IMG/VR virus record: IMGVR_UViG_3300025309_000006
Coordinates: 62,001 to 126,000 of that record
Direction: 5' to 3' (one strand)
Length of the DNA stretch: 64,000 nt
Positions 19,816-32,043 of this stretch are shown piece after piece. Made by a program: the position numbers and the translations under genes. The notes below the pieces were generated by a model, which was not told the DNA's origin, searched no databases, and saw only the letters and a program-made list of their open reading frames with translations. Within the stretch, counting starts at the first letter, position 1. Each line of letters begins with the position of its first letter.

Positions 19816-22800
19816 AGCTACCGCAATGTACGCGCCACTCAGGTCTTTGCAGGCTGGTCTGACCACATTAAAAGAATTAGATGGATTAATGGTAAATATT
19901 GCCAAGGTAACTAATCTTAGTGCTGAAGCTATGGACAATTTAAAAAATAGTGCCTTTGAAGCGTCGAATGCTTTTGGACGTACTGCGCAAGACTATTTAA
20001 AATCAATCGGTGAATTTAGTCGTGCTGGATATGAAGGAAAATCAGCAGATTTAGCTAAAATTTCTTTATTATCACAAAACGTTGGTGAATTAACAGCAGA
20101 ACAAGCCAATAGTTTTTTACTTGCCACGGATGCTGCTTATAAATATAAGGGTAGTCAAGAAGAATTAATGAAAGTTCTTGATGGCGTAAATACTATTGAT
20201 AACAAGTTCGCAACTTCAATTCAAAAGGTTTCTGAAGGTATAACCGTGGCTGGATCTATATCTTCAAACGCATCAGTTGGAGTAAATGAACTAGCTTCAG
20301 CAGTTGGAGTTATGACTGCGGTGACACAACGTTCGGGAAATGAGGCTGGACGGGCATTTCGCAGTATTTTGATGAACATCAGACAAATTAAGGGAGAAAC
20401 TGAAGACGGAGAAATAATAGACGATGCTGCATTATCTAAATCAGCAGAAGCATTAGATAATGTTGGTATTAAAGTTCATGAATTGCGAAATGGTGTTGAA
20501 GAGATAAGAAATCCAATGGAAGTTCTTAAAGAATTATCTACCATTTGGGGTTCACTCAGTTCCATGAAAACTGCTCCAATTATAGATTCTTTGGGTGGAA
20601 AATTTAGAGGAAACCAGTTAGTGGCTCTAGTAGAAAATTTTGATATGTATGAAAAAATGCTTTCTGAATACTCTACTGCTTCCGGTTCGGCTATGACTGA
20701 GAATGAAGTGAGAATGGGCAGTTGGGAAACCAAGATTAATCAGCTCAGAAATGCAATAAATAATTTCTGGAATAATACTATTGACACAGGTTTTGTTAAA
20801 AGTATGATAGGTGGAATAACTCTATTAATAAACAACTTTGGTAATCTGAAAACTATTTTAGGATTAATATTTACCTTACTTGCAGTAAATAAAGGTACTG
20901 CTTTCTTAACATTCTTAAAGAACTTATCTTTATCTACTATGCTATTAAATTCTAGTCTAGTTCAAACACAAGCTAGATTAGCAGGAATGTCCTTCGCTCA
21001 AATCGGAGTAATGGGTACAACTACAGCATTAACTTTTGCAATTAAAGGTTTATGGGCTACTATGCTTGCTAATCCAATTGGTTTAGTTGTAGGTGCTGTT
21101 ACTGCTGTCATAGTGGCATTTGATTTTATGGGAGCCAGAGCAGAAAGTTCTGCAAAAAAACAAAAAGAAGCATTTGATGAACTTAATAGAAGCATTAGTT
21201 CTCTTAAGCAACAAACAGCAGAAAGTAAGAATTTAGCAAACCAATATGAATCTTTATCTGCTATTACATCTCGTAATAGCAATGAGGAGGCTAAATTAGC
21301 CGAAGTTAAAGATCGTTTAATTGCTCAATTTCCTGATCTAATTGAAGGATACGATGCTGAAGGTCGCTCAATAATAGGTTCATCAGAAGCAATTAAACAA
21401 GCAATCAAAGAAAATGAAGAATTATTGGCGATTAAACAAGAACAAATGTCTAATACATTTGTTACTGATGGTTCAAATAATTTCTCTCAATTACAAAAAG
21501 ATCAAGAAAGATTGGATTTATTAACTCAGCATAAAAAAGAATATTTAAAGACGATTGATGATATTAATAATGGAAACCAAGTTAAATTTGATGAATATGG
21601 AAATGATTCATTAGTAATTGCTAAAAATAATTTAAAAGGTATAAAAGACGAATTATCTACGCTTAGTACAAAAATCCTTGAAAGTAGAAAAGATTTATCA
21701 GTTTTAACAGATTCGTTTTTAAAAAGTGGCGATTCTGCACAATCTTTAGGTAAAGAAGTAGTTACAAAATTAATCTATGATTTGAGTAAACTTAAAGACG
21801 AAAGTAAAATTACAGGTGAAGAGTTTACTAAAATATTCGATGGTCTTAAAAGTTCTGATTTTTCTTCTGAATTAAGCAAAGCAAAAACAGAATTAGAAGA
21901 ATTAGCAAAAAGTGGGGCAAGCAAAGATGTAATTGGTAACACTTACGAAAAAGCAATTTCTGATTTGTCTCCATATTTAAAAGCATTAGGAATTAATGGA
22001 GAAGAAGCAGGGAAAATATTAAAAGATATGCTCAATCTCCCCAATGCCACAGAAACATCTAATAAAATAAATACTGTAACTACATCCCTCAAATCACTCC
22101 AAAAAACTCTCTCTGATTCTTCATCTGCAATTACCGAAATTCAATCTGCTCTCGATGAATACGCAGAGAATAAAGCTTTTTCGCTTGACACTCTAGTAGC
22201 ACTTGGCGATAAACATGAAAGCCTAATAGGAATCCTTGGCGACGAAAAAGCTGTTCATCAAGAATTAACAAACATTATAGAACAAGAGCAAGAAAAAGCC
22301 AGACAAGCATATATTACCATGCTTAATGATAGTGAAGATTTCTATAATAAAAATATTGAAGGTATACAAAAGTTTGTTGCTGGACTAGATGGTGCTCGTG
22401 AAGTCGATCTATCTGGAGCAAAATCATTAGCTGAAGCAAAATTAAAAGTTGAAAATGAGTTGATGAAAAATTTAGCCGGAATGTGGTCGCAATATTACGA
22501 TGCACAAGGTAATATGACCAATGCTAATATTATTGATGGCGGTAGAACTATTGTAGGCCAAGACGGTAAAGAAACCTATATTACTCCTGAAATGAGATCA
22601 CAACTTAAGGCGTATTATGATGCTTCTTCGGCAGTTAAGAAGAAATTTGATGACATTGCAATGAGTGGAACAAAAAGCATTGATTTTTCTAAACTTGGCA
22701 TGTCTAAAAGCGACAATAAGAAAGACAAAGAAAAACCCCAAATCGAATCCACAACAGAAGCCCTCATCAATCAAATCCAACAAGAATATCTCCTTCAAAA

Positions 22801-24655
22801 AGCCAAATCGGATTCAATCCAAAAAGACCTCTCTCAAGCACAATCCCAAAAAGACTACCAAAAAACTCTCTCCCTAACTAATTCCCTAATTTCCTCACAA
22901 GCTCAAGAATTATCCCTTCTTAACACAGCTCGTTCCAAAATAAACCAAGCAAAAGATTCTGCTATATCATCTGCATCCTCTCAATTTGGAGATGTTAGTG
23001 AAAGATGGTTTACTGGAAATGACAATCAAGAAAGCGTTGCATATATTGAAGAACATAATAAAGCATCAGAAAAAACTCGTGAGATAATGGATGAGACTTT
23101 TAAATCACTTCAATTACTTCGTAATGCTTGGATGTCTAATAAATCTGCTATGGATGAAAATGCAGAATCACAAAAAGTTCTTCAATCCACCCTCCCCGAC
23201 ATAAACTACTCCATCGTAACAGACCAAATATCCAAGTTTAATTCCTCCATAGACTCTCTAAATTCTCAACTTGACCTATCTAAAGCTAGAATGTCTCTTC
23301 TGGAAAATACTTCATCAGATTACAGTAAAGAATTATCTCTCCAAACATCTCTTTACAAACAATTATCTGATGAACAATTAAAATCAATTGCTTATATGAC
23401 TCAACAATTAGCAAGTGATAATTTATCTATTGAGGCAAAAAAAGAACTTTCAAAATCAATAGAAGAAGCAACTCTGTCTCAGCTAAATTATCAAAAAGCA
23501 ATTCAAGATTCAGCAAAACAACTCGCTACAGATGTAATCGAAGCTCAAAAAGCACTAGAACAAGCAGAGTTAGATGCAGAAGAAGAAATCCTGAAAGCAT
23601 ACATCAAACGTAGAGAAGAAAAAATAAAAGGTATTCAAGAAGAGATTGATGCTCTAGAAAAGAAAAATGAAAAAGAAGAAGAATCGGAAGAAAGAGCAAA
23701 GCGTCTCTTAGATATCGAAGAAAAAAAACAAAAACTTAATAATGTCTTAAATGAGGAAAATACTAGAATTCTTGTAGGTGATACTTGGACTTGGCAAGCA
23801 AACCCGAATGATGTAAAGTCTGCACAGGATGATCTAAAATCTGCTCAAGAAGACTATCTAGACTGGGAAGATGATGTCAACCTAAAACATCAAAGAGCGA
23901 CTCTTCAAGCAGAAATAGATTATCAACAATCACTAATCGACACAAAACAAGCATCATTCGATGCTCAAAAACTCCAATTTGATGAACAATGGGTAAATTT
24001 AGATGCAATGTCAACTCAATTATTAGAACAATATGAAAACAACGTTGATTCTGTAGTTGCAATTTTAAGTGAAAAATTAGTATCACTAAATGCTCAATTA
24101 GCAGAAATTGTAAATGCATCTACTTCTCTTCCAGATAGTTTATCAGGCGGTAGTAATAGTGGAAGTTCAGGTTCATCTGGTTCTTCATCTTCAAATGAAA
24201 ATGATTTTAATGTAACAAAAAGAGGTAGTTATAATCCTGATACTGGTAATTATTCTATAACAGATGAAGATGGAAATACTCACAATGGAAATGGTTCGTT
24301 AGAAGATTATGAGAATGATTTTGACAGGTATCATGATGGTGGCTGGGTTGGTGATAAACCTAAAAATTTAAAATTAAATGAAATTCCAGCTATTCTTCAA
24401 AAAGGTGAATTTGTTTTAAGTGAAAAAATGCTTAGTGGTTTACCTAATTTTATGGATATTACAAAAAATTATATGAATAATATTAAATTGCCTCAAATGC
24501 CTAATTTCATTAATAATGTGAGTAATGTTAATAAAAGTGGCAGTAATGGAGGGAATATTATTATTCAAAATCAAACAATAATTACGCCTAATGTCGATAA
24601 TTTTAAATCACAAATGTCTAGTTTAATGAGAATGACAAAAACTCAGGATTTTTAA
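19816..24655 (+). CDS. Tail tape measure protein, exon 2 (spliced product 1974 aa)
   Basis: TP901-type TMP core (FSRAGY...TQRSGNEAGRAFRSI), coiled coils, C-terminal YHDGGWVG...PAILQKGEFVL. Confidence 0.9.
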
Positions 24656-24824
24656 TATCTCTCCTTTTTTATGCAATTAAATAAGTTATTTTACAATCGT
24701 GTGCGGAACTCCCACTCTTTTAGGTGTGGGAGTTCCAGTTTGGGTTCAAGAAAAGAAAAAACAAAGTTTATTTAAAAATTTGAAACAAGAGAAAAGATTA
24801 ACAAAAGACAGGAGGTGGATGGGA

Positions 24825-26006
24825 TTGGGTTTATATTCCCCAAATTATTTATCCCCAAGTAACCAAACAGTCGATGCTTTAGATATTATAGATTTTTCTT
24901 GCAAAATACAAGGAAGTTACATAGATTTCTATCAACTTAAAATCTATTCAATGTCAAATGCTCTCATATTTGATTCTTCTAAAATATCGCTAGGAAGTAA
25001 TTTATTATACCAAGATGATGTTTTGACATATTCATTAGATGCTTCAACTCTGACAAATGGGAATCAATATTTCTTTACATTTACTGTATTCCAAAGTACA
25101 TTATCAGCAACTTCAAGACAAACACCATTTTATTGTTTTTCAACCCCAATTCTAACGATGACAATTCCTGCTGAAATTACATCAAAGAAATATTCGTTCG
25201 TAGCTACATACTTTCAAACAGAATATATTTCTACCAATTATTTTTATATGGTTTTCTTAAATTCTGATGATGAAGTTATATTAACAACTCCAAATAGTTA
25301 TTCGGGAGCACTCCAATATGAGTTTGATGGATTTATCAATAATACGATTTATAAAGTTTATACAGTCGTAGTAAATCAACAAAACGTTATGACTCAAAGT
25401 ATAACTTATACTTTCACTGTAAACTACGCACTACCATCCCTAACAACAATTCCTACAGCTACTCTCCTACCAGACTTATCAGCCACTAAGATTAATTGGA
25501 GTCCTGTTGTTCAAGTCACAGGCTCTATTACAGGTACAAGTGAATATATATCTGGGTTATTTACTCCAACAAACACAGGATTAAAATTAGATACTGGTTG
25601 GGATAGCGCAGATACAGTTGATGACACAATAACATTTGATGATACAGCAACTTATGATTTAAATTATGGTGGAGCAATTTTATTTAATGATTTATTTGGA
25701 AAAGTTTCAGAAAACTATGTAGAATTTGAAGTTGATATTCCATTAGAATCTACTTCTCAAGTTGTATATATTCCCAATTTAGATTTTGCAGGTGGTAAAA
25801 TGGTTCGTCAGGAAAATTCTATAACTGGTGATTTTTATGAAGTTGGATATAATCCAGAAATTGGATGCTATTATTATAATTCTAATAATTTTATTGTAAA
25901 TGGCGCTCCAAAAGAATTTATTTATAGTCCAATTTTAATAGCAATTAAAGGAATTGAGGTTTTAATAATATCAAATAATGTGATTTATGAGCAATTACAT
26001 CCATAA
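24825..26006 (+). CDS. Distal tail/baseplate protein (FN3/Ig-like)
   Basis: RBS AGGAGGT favours a start at 24819/24825; beta-rich; directly after the TMP. Confidence 0.6.
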   Translation: MGLYSPNYLSPSNQTVDALDIIDFSCKIQGSYIDFYQLKIYSMSNALIFDSSKISLGSNLLYQDDVLTYSLDASTLTNGNQYFFTFTVFQSTLSATSRQTPFYCFSTPILTMTIPAEITSKKYSFVATYFQTEYISTNYFYMVFLNSDDEVILTTPNSYSGALQYEFDGFINNTIYKVYTVVVNQQNVMTQSITYTFTVNYALPSLTTIPTATLLPDLSATKINWSPVVQVTGSITGTSEYISGLFTPTNTGLKLDTGWDSADTVDDTITFDDTATYDLNYGGAILFNDLFGKVSENYVEFEVDIPLESTSQVVYIPNLDFAGGKMVRQENSITGDFYEVGYNPEIGCYYYNSNNFIVNGAPKEFIYSPILIAIKGIEVLIISNNVIYEQLHP

Positions 26007-26025
26007 TTAGAAAGATGGTGAATAA

Positions 26026-26883
26026 ATGATTCTTTCAGGTTTATTCCTTGGTGTAAGTTATTTTCAAAAAGTAATAGGAATTCCATCTCCAGTGCCAAAA
26101 ATTTATGATTCGATAAAAATCTATGGTGCTTCAACGATCGACAAACTACAAATAAAAAATATAGAAGTTGATAATACAACTTTGCAAAATACTATTATTA
26201 CAGATAGTCTTTTTTGGGGGCCAAATCATATTTTGTTGGCAGAATTCGAGAATAATTTAATTGGTGGAAATGTTGCAAATCTTGATTCTCCTGTAACGCA
26301 TTGGCAAATTAGTAGGAGAGAATCTGGTAGTGATGTATTGAAGATTTTGGGTACAGTTGTAGTAGGAACAACGGAATTCATAGATTATTTGTGTCAGCAA
26401 GGAAAAACATATATTTATGAAGTAAATGCGATAAATGCCAACCAAATTAGCGAAGCCTTTGTTACAGAAGCAGTGGAAATGGATTTCTATGGTTATTATT
26501 TGGTTTCAGAAGATGAAGGTTTGGCATATAAATTTGACTTAAATGTTCAATCAGGTGCAAATGAATATGCAGAAGATGTAATTTTTTATGACGGATATGG
26601 TAAATATCCTGCAAAAGCTATAGGTCAAAGAAAATATTTAAAAACAAGTATTTCAGCTATTTGTGCAACAGTAGATATAAACGGACAATTATTGCAAAGC
26701 GTGGAATATATGGATACATTAAGAGATTTTATAACAAATGGTAAAAGTAAAATATACAAAACAAGGAAAGGTTCGATACATCGGGTCTTTACACATAATT
26801 ATAAAGAACCTATATGGAATGACGCAATTGGGCAACAAATTCAAGTTGTGACTTTTGATATAGTCGAAGACGCTAATGTTTAG
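26026..26883 (+). CDS. Distal tail (Dit-like) protein with FN3-like segment
   Basis: FIDY...TYIYEV; C-terminal K.KIYKTRKG...V.F.IVE. Confidence 0.6.
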   Translation: MILSGLFLGVSYFQKVIGIPSPVPKIYDSIKIYGASTIDKLQIKNIEVDNTTLQNTIITDSLFWGPNHILLAEFENNLIGGNVANLDSPVTHWQISRRESGSDVLKILGTVVVGTTEFIDYLCQQGKTYIYEVNAINANQISEAFVTEAVEMDFYGYYLVSEDEGLAYKFDLNVQSGANEYAEDVIFYDGYGKYPAKAIGQRKYLKTSISAICATVDINGQLLQSVEYMDTLRDFITNGKSKIYKTRKGSIHRVFTHNYKEPIWNDAIGQQIQVVTFDIVEDANV

Positions 26884-26928
26884 AGTTATATAAAAGTTTA
26901 ACCCGCTTGCGACTGGGAGGTGACTAAA

Positions 26929-28068
26929 ATGGCAACATTCCAAGATTATTTAAATGTCTTAAATTCTGGCACTTATAAGCAAAAAATAAGAGTTCAGTTT
27001 TTAAGATCGGAAGACGAATCTGTACGAGAAGATGTAACTTCTCTAGTTGAAAATGCTTCTGGTTCAATTAATATCCAACGAGCTAACGGAATTCGTCGCA
27101 CATGCGACATAACTTTATTTAATTTAGATGGCGAATATATACCCAATATTGATAATTTTTGGATTAGGCAGAAATTTCAGGTTTGGCTTGGTTTGGAAAT
27201 GCCAGATGGTAGTGATTATTTTATACCGCAAGGATTGTATATAGTTGATGATCCAAGTACAAGTTCAAAATTTAGCGAATCTAAGATAATAATTCATGGA
27301 GTTGATAAGTTTGGAATTTTATCTGAAATAGGAGGAGAATTAGAAACAACTTATATTATTCCATTGGGGACAAATTTAATTACTGCGATAAATACCACAC
27401 TGGCATTGATAAACGACCCTAAAACACCAATTATTGATTTATCTCTTGTTTCTAAAACAGTCCCATATACCATGATATATGAAGTTGGACAAAAAATTGG
27501 TGACATCCTTATTGATCTTGCTCAACTCTATTCTTGTAGTGCCTACTATGATTCTTTGGGGCAACTTAATATTGAAAAAGACATTGAAGATGATATTAAG
27601 CCATCTCAATGGGATTTTTCCGATACTAATCAATTTTTTTACAGAGGCGCGGTTAATAAATATAAATGGAGCGAAATGTATAATGCAGTAAAAGTAACAT
27701 CCTCAAATATCAATGGATTATCTTATACTCATACAGCCAGAGACATAAATTTATCTTCTCCAACTTCTATTCAGAATACGGGTTTCGAGAGAGTATTCCC
27801 ATATACCTCTGACAAATTGAGCACATTACAACAGGTTACTGATTTGGCTAATTATATTTTAAAAAGAAAAATTGCTTTACAAAATGAGGTGCAAATAACT
27901 TCAATTCCTATGTATCATTTAGATTGTGATTTGGTTACGACAGTTACAGATAATAATTTAAAATTAACAAAAGAACGATTACTTATCAATTCGCTTACCA
28001 TACCACTATCAACAGGTGGAGAAATGAGTTTAAATTGTGTAAAATCCAAAGAAATACCCTTTATATAA
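26929..28068 (+). CDS. Baseplate hub/Tal-like tail protein (DUF5047/5048-like)
   Basis: GSINI...IRRTCDIT...YFIPQGLYIV...YYDSLGQL...YNAVKV...IPMYHLD. Confidence 0.75.
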   Translation: MATFQDYLNVLNSGTYKQKIRVQFLRSEDESVREDVTSLVENASGSINIQRANGIRRTCDITLFNLDGEYIPNIDNFWIRQKFQVWLGLEMPDGSDYFIPQGLYIVDDPSTSSKFSESKIIIHGVDKFGILSEIGGELETTYIIPLGTNLITAINTTLALINDPKTPIIDLSLVSKTVPYTMIYEVGQKIGDILIDLAQLYSCSAYYDSLGQLNIEKDIEDDIKPSQWDFSDTNQFFYRGAVNKYKWSEMYNAVKVTSSNINGLSYTHTARDINLSSPTSIQNTGFERVFPYTSDKLSTLQQVTDLANYILKRKIALQNEVQITSIPMYHLDCDLVTTVTDNNLKLTKERLLINSLTIPLSTGGEMSLNCVKSKEIPFI

Positions 28069-28097
28069 TAATTTTAAAAAGTAGGTGAAAATTAAAA

Positions 28098-28388
28098 ATG
28101 GACTTAAACTCATCAGAATTTGCTCAATTTTTAGATAAACTTATTGAAAAAAAAGCAAGACAAATAATTCAAGCTGAATATGCAAAATTTGGAAATCTAA
28201 AAGGATGGGTTGCTACAATAGTAGGAGTTGCAGGTGATAATAGCACAGCAGATGTTCAACGCATTGGTGAATCTGTTACTATCCCATCACTTTTAAATAA
28301 AACTGGTGTAACCCTTTTGATAGGTGACGAAGTAGAATTACACAGCTTATCCTCGCTTTCCAATTCTTACATCGGAATAAAAAAATAA
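28098..28388 (+). CDS. Small tail spike/OB-fold-like protein
   Basis: ATIV...TADV...LNKTG..L.IGDEV motif after the hub gene. Confidence 0.55.
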   Translation: MDLNSSEFAQFLDKLIEKKARQIIQAEYAKFGNLKGWVATIVGVAGDNSTADVQRIGESVTIPSLLNKTGVTLLIGDEVELHSLSSLSNSYIGIKK

Positions 28389-28441
28389 TAATATTTCTCA
28401 AACTAATCCTACAATTTTTAAGAAAGGAGTGAAATTTTCTC

Positions 28442-30097
28442 ATGACAACAACTCCTCTATATCTCAATATAGACAATGGTATTTTTGAAGGGACAATAAA
28501 ATCAAATAATAAAATAATCACTTCGCCCCAAACTTTATTTTCTTCATATCCGTTAGATTCAAATTGGACGCAACATGGTAGTGGATGGACAACTGATAAC
28601 AATAAAGTTACATTTAATAATACAACATCTTCTAATACCTATTTAGATGAAATTTATACAATTGATCAAACAGTAATTAAAAAAATTATATTTAGAATTA
28701 CAGCTAGTGGATTAAATATTATTCCATTCACTGGTGATGATTTTTCAATTAAATTAACTTTAACTGATGCTGGTGGATTGAGTGGTAATATATTAGCAAC
28801 AGAAACGCTTGCTTTCCCTTCTGGTACTTGGTCAGAACAACAATTCACTATTAGTTTGACACCATCTGCTCCAGCAAAATATATTTATGTTTACATTTTT
28901 ACACGCAATTCAATTGGTCAATTAACATTTTGGGATGCAGAATGTTTTCAAGAAGGAGACGCGGCCAGAACAAATGGCAAATGGACTTCTAACATTCAAG
29001 ATTTAGCCAAAGTAACACAACTTCCTATTACAAGTGGGCATATTCCTTTGAAAAATGTTTATTTTTACTATGGATATTTAGAAGATGTGGATGGAATGAA
29101 TAATGTTGAATACAGTATTGATAGATTAAATAAGGCAGATATAATAATTACTCATGAACCAAGTTTACTTAACACTAGACAATTGGTTGTAGTTAATTCA
29201 CTTATTGCAGATAGTAAAGAAGTTTATGGATATGCAATAGTTGGGTCTACAGATGTATTAGAAGTGCCAGGATTTGTGATAGCGGCAAAGGCAATTATGG
29301 ATCGTTGTTTCACATCGGGTTATGATGGTGTATTCTTTGATTGCTTTGGTTATGACTGGAAGGTTACAAGAGCACAACAAAACGAACTAATTGATTATGC
29401 TCATGCCAAAACTCCTGCTCTTAAGGTATTCGCAAATGCTTGGATTCCTGCAGATTGCCTAGATGATGTTGTGAATGCTACTTATAATCCAACTGGTGTA
29501 GTAACAAAACTTACTACAAACGATTGGGTATTGTTAGAAAGTTTTTATTGTAATGCTTCGGGGTATAAAACTTTTCCAGATGCTTTTAATAAATATGCCA
29601 CTACTGTATCTCTAGCAACTCCATTGGGTGTTAAAGTTTGTGGGTTGTCTTATGCATTGCCAACAACTTTATTGACAGATTTTAGAGACTGGGTTAACAC
29701 TTATGTTTTAGCATCAGGATTTGGAATGCAAGGTTTTCAATATAGTACTGATATAGGAAGTGAGGATTTAAATTGGCCTTTGGAAATTTTTATTCCTCCA
29801 AATATTGGTACAACATTAATATCCTCATTTGCACAAGTTCAAGCAGACACATATGAAGCGAAAACAAATGAGGGCATTATTTTGTTCACGTCTACGGATT
29901 CCCCATTGAAAAGAGAATATAAGTCTTTTATTTTACCGTCTTCATTTAATGTTGTAACATACTTACCACAAATCAATGCTACAAGAGTTAGTATTATAAA
30001 TTATTCAAGTGCAGATAAAATTACATGGACTAAATTGGATAGTTTATCTGGAATAACGGACAGGTATTTTAAAACAGAAATAAGTGTCAGGAATTAA
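28442..30097 (+). CDS. Tail protein with CBM-like N-domain and TIM-barrel glycoside hydrolase-like domain (GH114/GH135-like)
   Basis: EVYGY...GYDGVFFDCFGYD...VFANAW...LLESF. Confidence 0.6.
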   Translation: MTTTPLYLNIDNGIFEGTIKSNNKIITSPQTLFSSYPLDSNWTQHGSGWTTDNNKVTFNNTTSSNTYLDEIYTIDQTVIKKIIFRITASGLNIIPFTGDDFSIKLTLTDAGGLSGNILATETLAFPSGTWSEQQFTISLTPSAPAKYIYVYIFTRNSIGQLTFWDAECFQEGDAARTNGKWTSNIQDLAKVTQLPITSGHIPLKNVYFYYGYLEDVDGMNNVEYSIDRLNKADIIITHEPSLLNTRQLVVVNSLIADSKEVYGYAIVGSTDVLEVPGFVIAAKAIMDRCFTSGYDGVFFDCFGYDWKVTRAQQNELIDYAHAKTPALKVFANAWIPADCLDDVVNATYNPTGVVTKLTTNDWVLLESFYCNASGYKTFPDAFNKYATTVSLATPLGVKVCGLSYALPTTLLTDFRDWVNTYVLASGFGMQGFQYSTDIGSEDLNWPLEIFIPPNIGTTLISSFAQVQADTYEAKTNEGIILFTSTDSPLKREYKSFILPSSFNVVTYLPQINATRVSIINYSSADKITWTKLDSLSGITDRYFKTEISVRN

Positions 30098-30117
30098 AAA
30101 GGAGGAAAAATACATAA

Positions 30118-30846
30118 ATGGCTAAATCAAATCTTCCAAATAATAGTCTAACAAATGATAATCTTACAGCAGAAGCAATTCATTTAACAACATTATACAA
30201 TACAAAACCTCGCTCAAGCTCAGGTCAAGCGAGTTTCATATCTTCAACTTCTGGAGTTACTTATACGACATTAGGTTCGGCATATGATAATCAAGGACAA
30301 GAGGGGTTATTACAAGTATTACAATTAGCACTTGATAGTTATCTTGTTACAGCAGATGATTATAATGGAATTACTGATAGTATTACACAAGTTACTGATG
30401 ATCTTATTACGCATTCTAATAATACTTCTAATCCGCACGCTGTAACTGCCACTCAAATAGAGGCAATTCCCCTAACTCAAAAAGGAGTCGCAAATGGGGT
30501 TGCTACCTTGAATTCAAGTGGTTATCCAGTCGAAAAGACATATGTAACTGGTTCATATACAGGTGATGGTTTAGCATCAAGAAATATAATCTTAGGCTTT
30601 CAACCTTCTGCCGTTTTTGTGATGTTAAGTTATGGTATAAGACATGTCAATGCTTACGATTACGATAGTGGATTAGCAATAGCTGGATATCCAGCTCAAG
30701 CAAATTCCGATGTTGGATTAAAGACGCTTATTGCAGTTATAAGTACAGGGTTTAATGTAGGACATTATACTTTTTTTTCTGGCACCACCTATATTATATC
30801 GAATAATCAAAACACCATAAAATATAATTATATAGCATTTAGATAA
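30118..30846 (+). CDS. Tail fibre-related protein
   Basis: HSNNTSNPHAVTATQI; KGVANGVATLNSSG; YVTGSYTGDG...LGFQPSAV...YNYIAF. Confidence 0.7.
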   Translation: MAKSNLPNNSLTNDNLTAEAIHLTTLYNTKPRSSSGQASFISSTSGVTYTTLGSAYDNQGQEGLLQVLQLALDSYLVTADDYNGITDSITQVTDDLITHSNNTSNPHAVTATQIEAIPLTQKGVANGVATLNSSGYPVEKTYVTGSYTGDGLASRNIILGFQPSAVFVMLSYGIRHVNAYDYDSGLAIAGYPAQANSDVGLKTLIAVISTGFNVGHYTFFSGTTYIISNNQNTIKYNYIAFR

Positions 30847-30863
30847 GATAAGGAGAGAAGAAA

Positions 30864-31556
30864 ATGATAATTCATAAATCTACTAAAAGCGTAGAAACAA
30901 GTTCGATAAGTACAAATAAAAACTTTGGCAATTATGAAAATGTATTTGTAGTTGATGATTCAAGTGAATTAGGACAAAAAATACTAATTAATCAACCATA
31001 TTTTGATTTCGTATTAGATAATGATGGAAATTTGATTGATATAATTCCAATAGAAAGACCACCACAACAACCTCAACCACTATCAGAAATAGAAACACTT
31101 CGCCTAGAACAAGTCCAAACAAAATCAGAATTAATTACTATTAAACAAACTTTTAATTTAATTCCCCCTATTGAAAATACAATAACATTGGAAGATTATC
31201 AGAAGAATAAAATTTATGAGTTAAGTTTGGAATGTGAACAGGAAATACTTGCAGGATTCTATTCTTCATGTCGAGGAACACAGGAGTGGTTTACTAACAC
31301 TAGAGACGATCAAAACCGAGTTATAAGTCAAGCAACATTAGCAACTCTCAATCCTTCCTTTATTCCAGAATGGAAAAGTGCGTCTGAAACAATTTGCACT
31401 CCGTTTACTATGGAACAAATCGTACAATTAGCAACAGAAGGTGCAACTTTTATGACAGAAAGGATTAAGGTGTTTGAAATCTTACGAAATCAAGTTGTGG
31501 CATGTAAGACTATTGAATGTGTGGGTGAGATAGTGTGGGAAAATTATGTATGGTAA
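30864..31556 (+). CDS. Tail fibre assembly chaperone (DUF4376-like)
   Basis: K..ELS..CEQEILAGF...DDQ...WK...FT.EQ...I.W. Confidence 0.65.
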   Translation: MIIHKSTKSVETSSISTNKNFGNYENVFVVDDSSELGQKILINQPYFDFVLDNDGNLIDIIPIERPPQQPQPLSEIETLRLEQVQTKSELITIKQTFNLIPPIENTITLEDYQKNKIYELSLECEQEILAGFYSSCRGTQEWFTNTRDDQNRVISQATLATLNPSFIPEWKSASETICTPFTMEQIVQLATEGATFMTERIKVFEILRNQVVACKTIECVGEIVWENYVW

Positions 31557-31998
31557 GCAGTTAATAAAATATCTATCTCTCTTCTTTATTATGGGTATGA
31601 TTTATTTCACCTTAGAGGGAGTGTGGCGTAGCAATGCAAATATAATTATGTTACTAATAGGTGGAATTTGTAGTGTATTAATTGGATTGCTTAATGAGTA
31701 TCCACAATATTATAAATTAAAAATATATCAACAAACTTTAATTGGAACTTTTATAGTTTTAATTGTCGAGTTTGTTTCTGGTATGTTTTTTAATGTGTTT
31801 TTAGAGATGAACCTATGGAATTACTCAGATACATGGGGGAATTTATATAGACAGATTTGTATCCCATATACAATATTGTGGATGCTAATAGTTCCATTCT
31901 GTATTTTTGTTGATGATTGGCTTAGATTCAAATTATATAATGAATGTGAAATGTATAGTTTAAAAGAAATATATTTAGACTTAATCAAACTAAAATAA
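31546..31998 (+). CDS. Four-TM membrane protein (DUF1113/CmpB-like)
   Basis: YFTLE..WR...GG...VEFVSG..N....LWNYS...NLY.QIC. Confidence 0.75.
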   Translation: MYGKQLIKYLSLFFIMGMIYFTLEGVWRSNANIIMLLIGGICSVLIGLLNEYPQYYKLKIYQQTLIGTFIVLIVEFVSGMFFNVFLEMNLWNYSDTWGNLYRQICIPYTILWMLIVPFCIFVDDWLRFKLYNECEMYSLKEIYLDLIKLK

Positions 31999-32043
31999 AA
32001 ATAACCAAATGGAATGACATTTTAAAGGAGGTGAAAATAAAAA

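Noticed and set aside
19480-19830. TMP split as a frameshift or sequencing error
   Set aside because: 319 non-coding nt with group I helices and exact frame restoration explain it better.
24699-24818. N-terminal extensions in the ORF track (also 5080, 33447, 49367, 55068)
   Set aside because: Better RBSs lie at downstream starts, and the extensions overlap hairpins, leaders or upstream genes.
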